64,000 nucleotides of DNA from the NCBI RefSeq assembly GCF_030144855.1, contig NC_082707.1, forward strand, positions 33,542,001-33,606,000, in the 5' to 3' direction. The position numbers and the translations under genes are program-made. The notes under the pieces were generated by a model. It was not told the DNA's origin. It ran no database searches and worked only from the letters and a program-made list of their open reading frames with translations. This document shows positions 63,022-64,000 of the stretch, in pieces (within the stretch, counting starts at the first letter, position 1; every line of letters starts with the position of its first letter). The DNA is from Hypanus sabinus. Taxonomy: Eukaryota.

Positions 63022-63670
63022 AGTCAAAGTTCAAAGTAAATTTATTATCAAAGTAAATATATCATCACCAAATACAACCCTGAGATTCATTTTCTTGCAG
63101 GTATTCTCAGTATCTACAAAGAAACAACATAGAATCAATGAAATGCTGCACCCGACAGACAAGCTAGTGTGCAAAAGACAACAATGTACAAATACAAAAA
63201 GCAAAAAAAAAGAAAGAAAGAAATAGACAGATAGATAAGAAATAAATATCAAGAACATGAGGTGAAGGATCCTTGAAAGTGAGTCCATTGGTTATGGAAA
63301 CAATTCAATGTCGAGGTTAGTGACGTTGAGTCAAGTTATCCCCTCTGGTTCAAGAGCCTCATGGTTGACAGGTAATAACTGCTCTTGAACTTAGTGGTAC
63401 CAGTTCTGAGGATCCTCTATCTCCTTCATGATGGCAGTGGTGAGAAGAAAGCATGGCCTGGACAGTGGAGGTCCTTGATGATAGATGCTGATTTACTGCA
63501 ACACCGCTGTGTTCAATGGTGGGAGGGCTTTATCTGTCATAGACTGGGCTGCATCTACCACTTTTTGTAAGCTTTTCAGTTCAAAGGCATTGGTGTTTCC
63601 ATACCAGACCATGATGCAACCAGTCAGTATACTACCCACTGTACATCTATAGAAGTTTATCAAAGTTTTA
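63022..63670 (-). mobile_element. Rex1/Babar 3' fragment interrupted by Tc1
   Basis: AAAGTTCAAAGTAAATTTATT tail; rc NFYRCTVGSILTGCIMVWYGN. Confidence 0.9.
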
Positions 63671-64000
63671 CAGTGTTGCTGGAAAGTTTGTGAACCCTTA
63701 GAATTTTCTCTATTTCTGCATAAATATTACCAAAAATATGATCAGATCTTTATCTGTCCTAAAACTAGATAAAGAGAACCCAATTCAATAAATAACACAA
63801 AAAACATTATACTTTTTATTTATTTATTGAGAAAAATGATCCAATATTACAAGTATTTGTTGGAAACAGTATGTGATCCTTTGCTTTCAGTAACTGGTGT
63901 AACCCCCTTGTACTGAAATAACTTCAATCAAACAATTCCAGTAACCATTGATCAGTCCTACACATTGGTTTGGAGGAATTTTAGCACTCATCCATGACTG
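63671..64000. mobile_element. Tc1-like DNA transposon end (continues past the window)
   Basis: TA target (63669-63670) followed by CAGTGTTGCTGGAAAGTTTGTGAACCC, a typical Tc1 TIR start; internal repeat GGAAACAGTATGTGATCC near 63862. Confidence 0.85.

Overview
Eukaryotic, AT-rich, repeat-dense non-coding DNA. The repeat families (HER1/CR1-type LINEs, HE1/V-SINE-type tRNA SINEs, Rex1/Babar LINEs, Penelope-like elements, RTE derivatives, Tc1/mariner) suggest a cartilaginous fish, probably a ray; this is inferred from repeat content only. I found no host protein-coding exon. Every recognisable ORF is a broken retroelement frame, so the window is probably a large intron or gene desert. The largest insertions are a 2.8 kb 5'-truncated CR1 (16850-19654, +) and a 2.4 kb Rex1/Babar (53481-55845, -). 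The most notable observations are: (1) Penelope-like fold-back insertions with exact 11-14 bp TSDs, carrying minimal hammerhead ribozyme motifs, one with an intact core at 12098-12136; (2) three short TSD-flanked non-autonomous LINE derivatives, two of which visibly fuse a 5' end to a 3' end; (3) two multi-kb cryptic degenerate tandem arrays (about 11.9-14.8 kb, CACTTGTAATTGA-like, with an inverted block; about 37.4-40.4 kb, GGAATT(A/G)TTT-like); (4) TE-free islands with enhancer-like motif syntax, including Pbx-Hox + Meis + Sox at 25.5-26 kb; (5) an ancient AP-endonuclease relic at 43.6-44.4 kb. Boundaries were set by eye and are approximate unless a TSD is given. Family names rest on motif recognition, not database searches.
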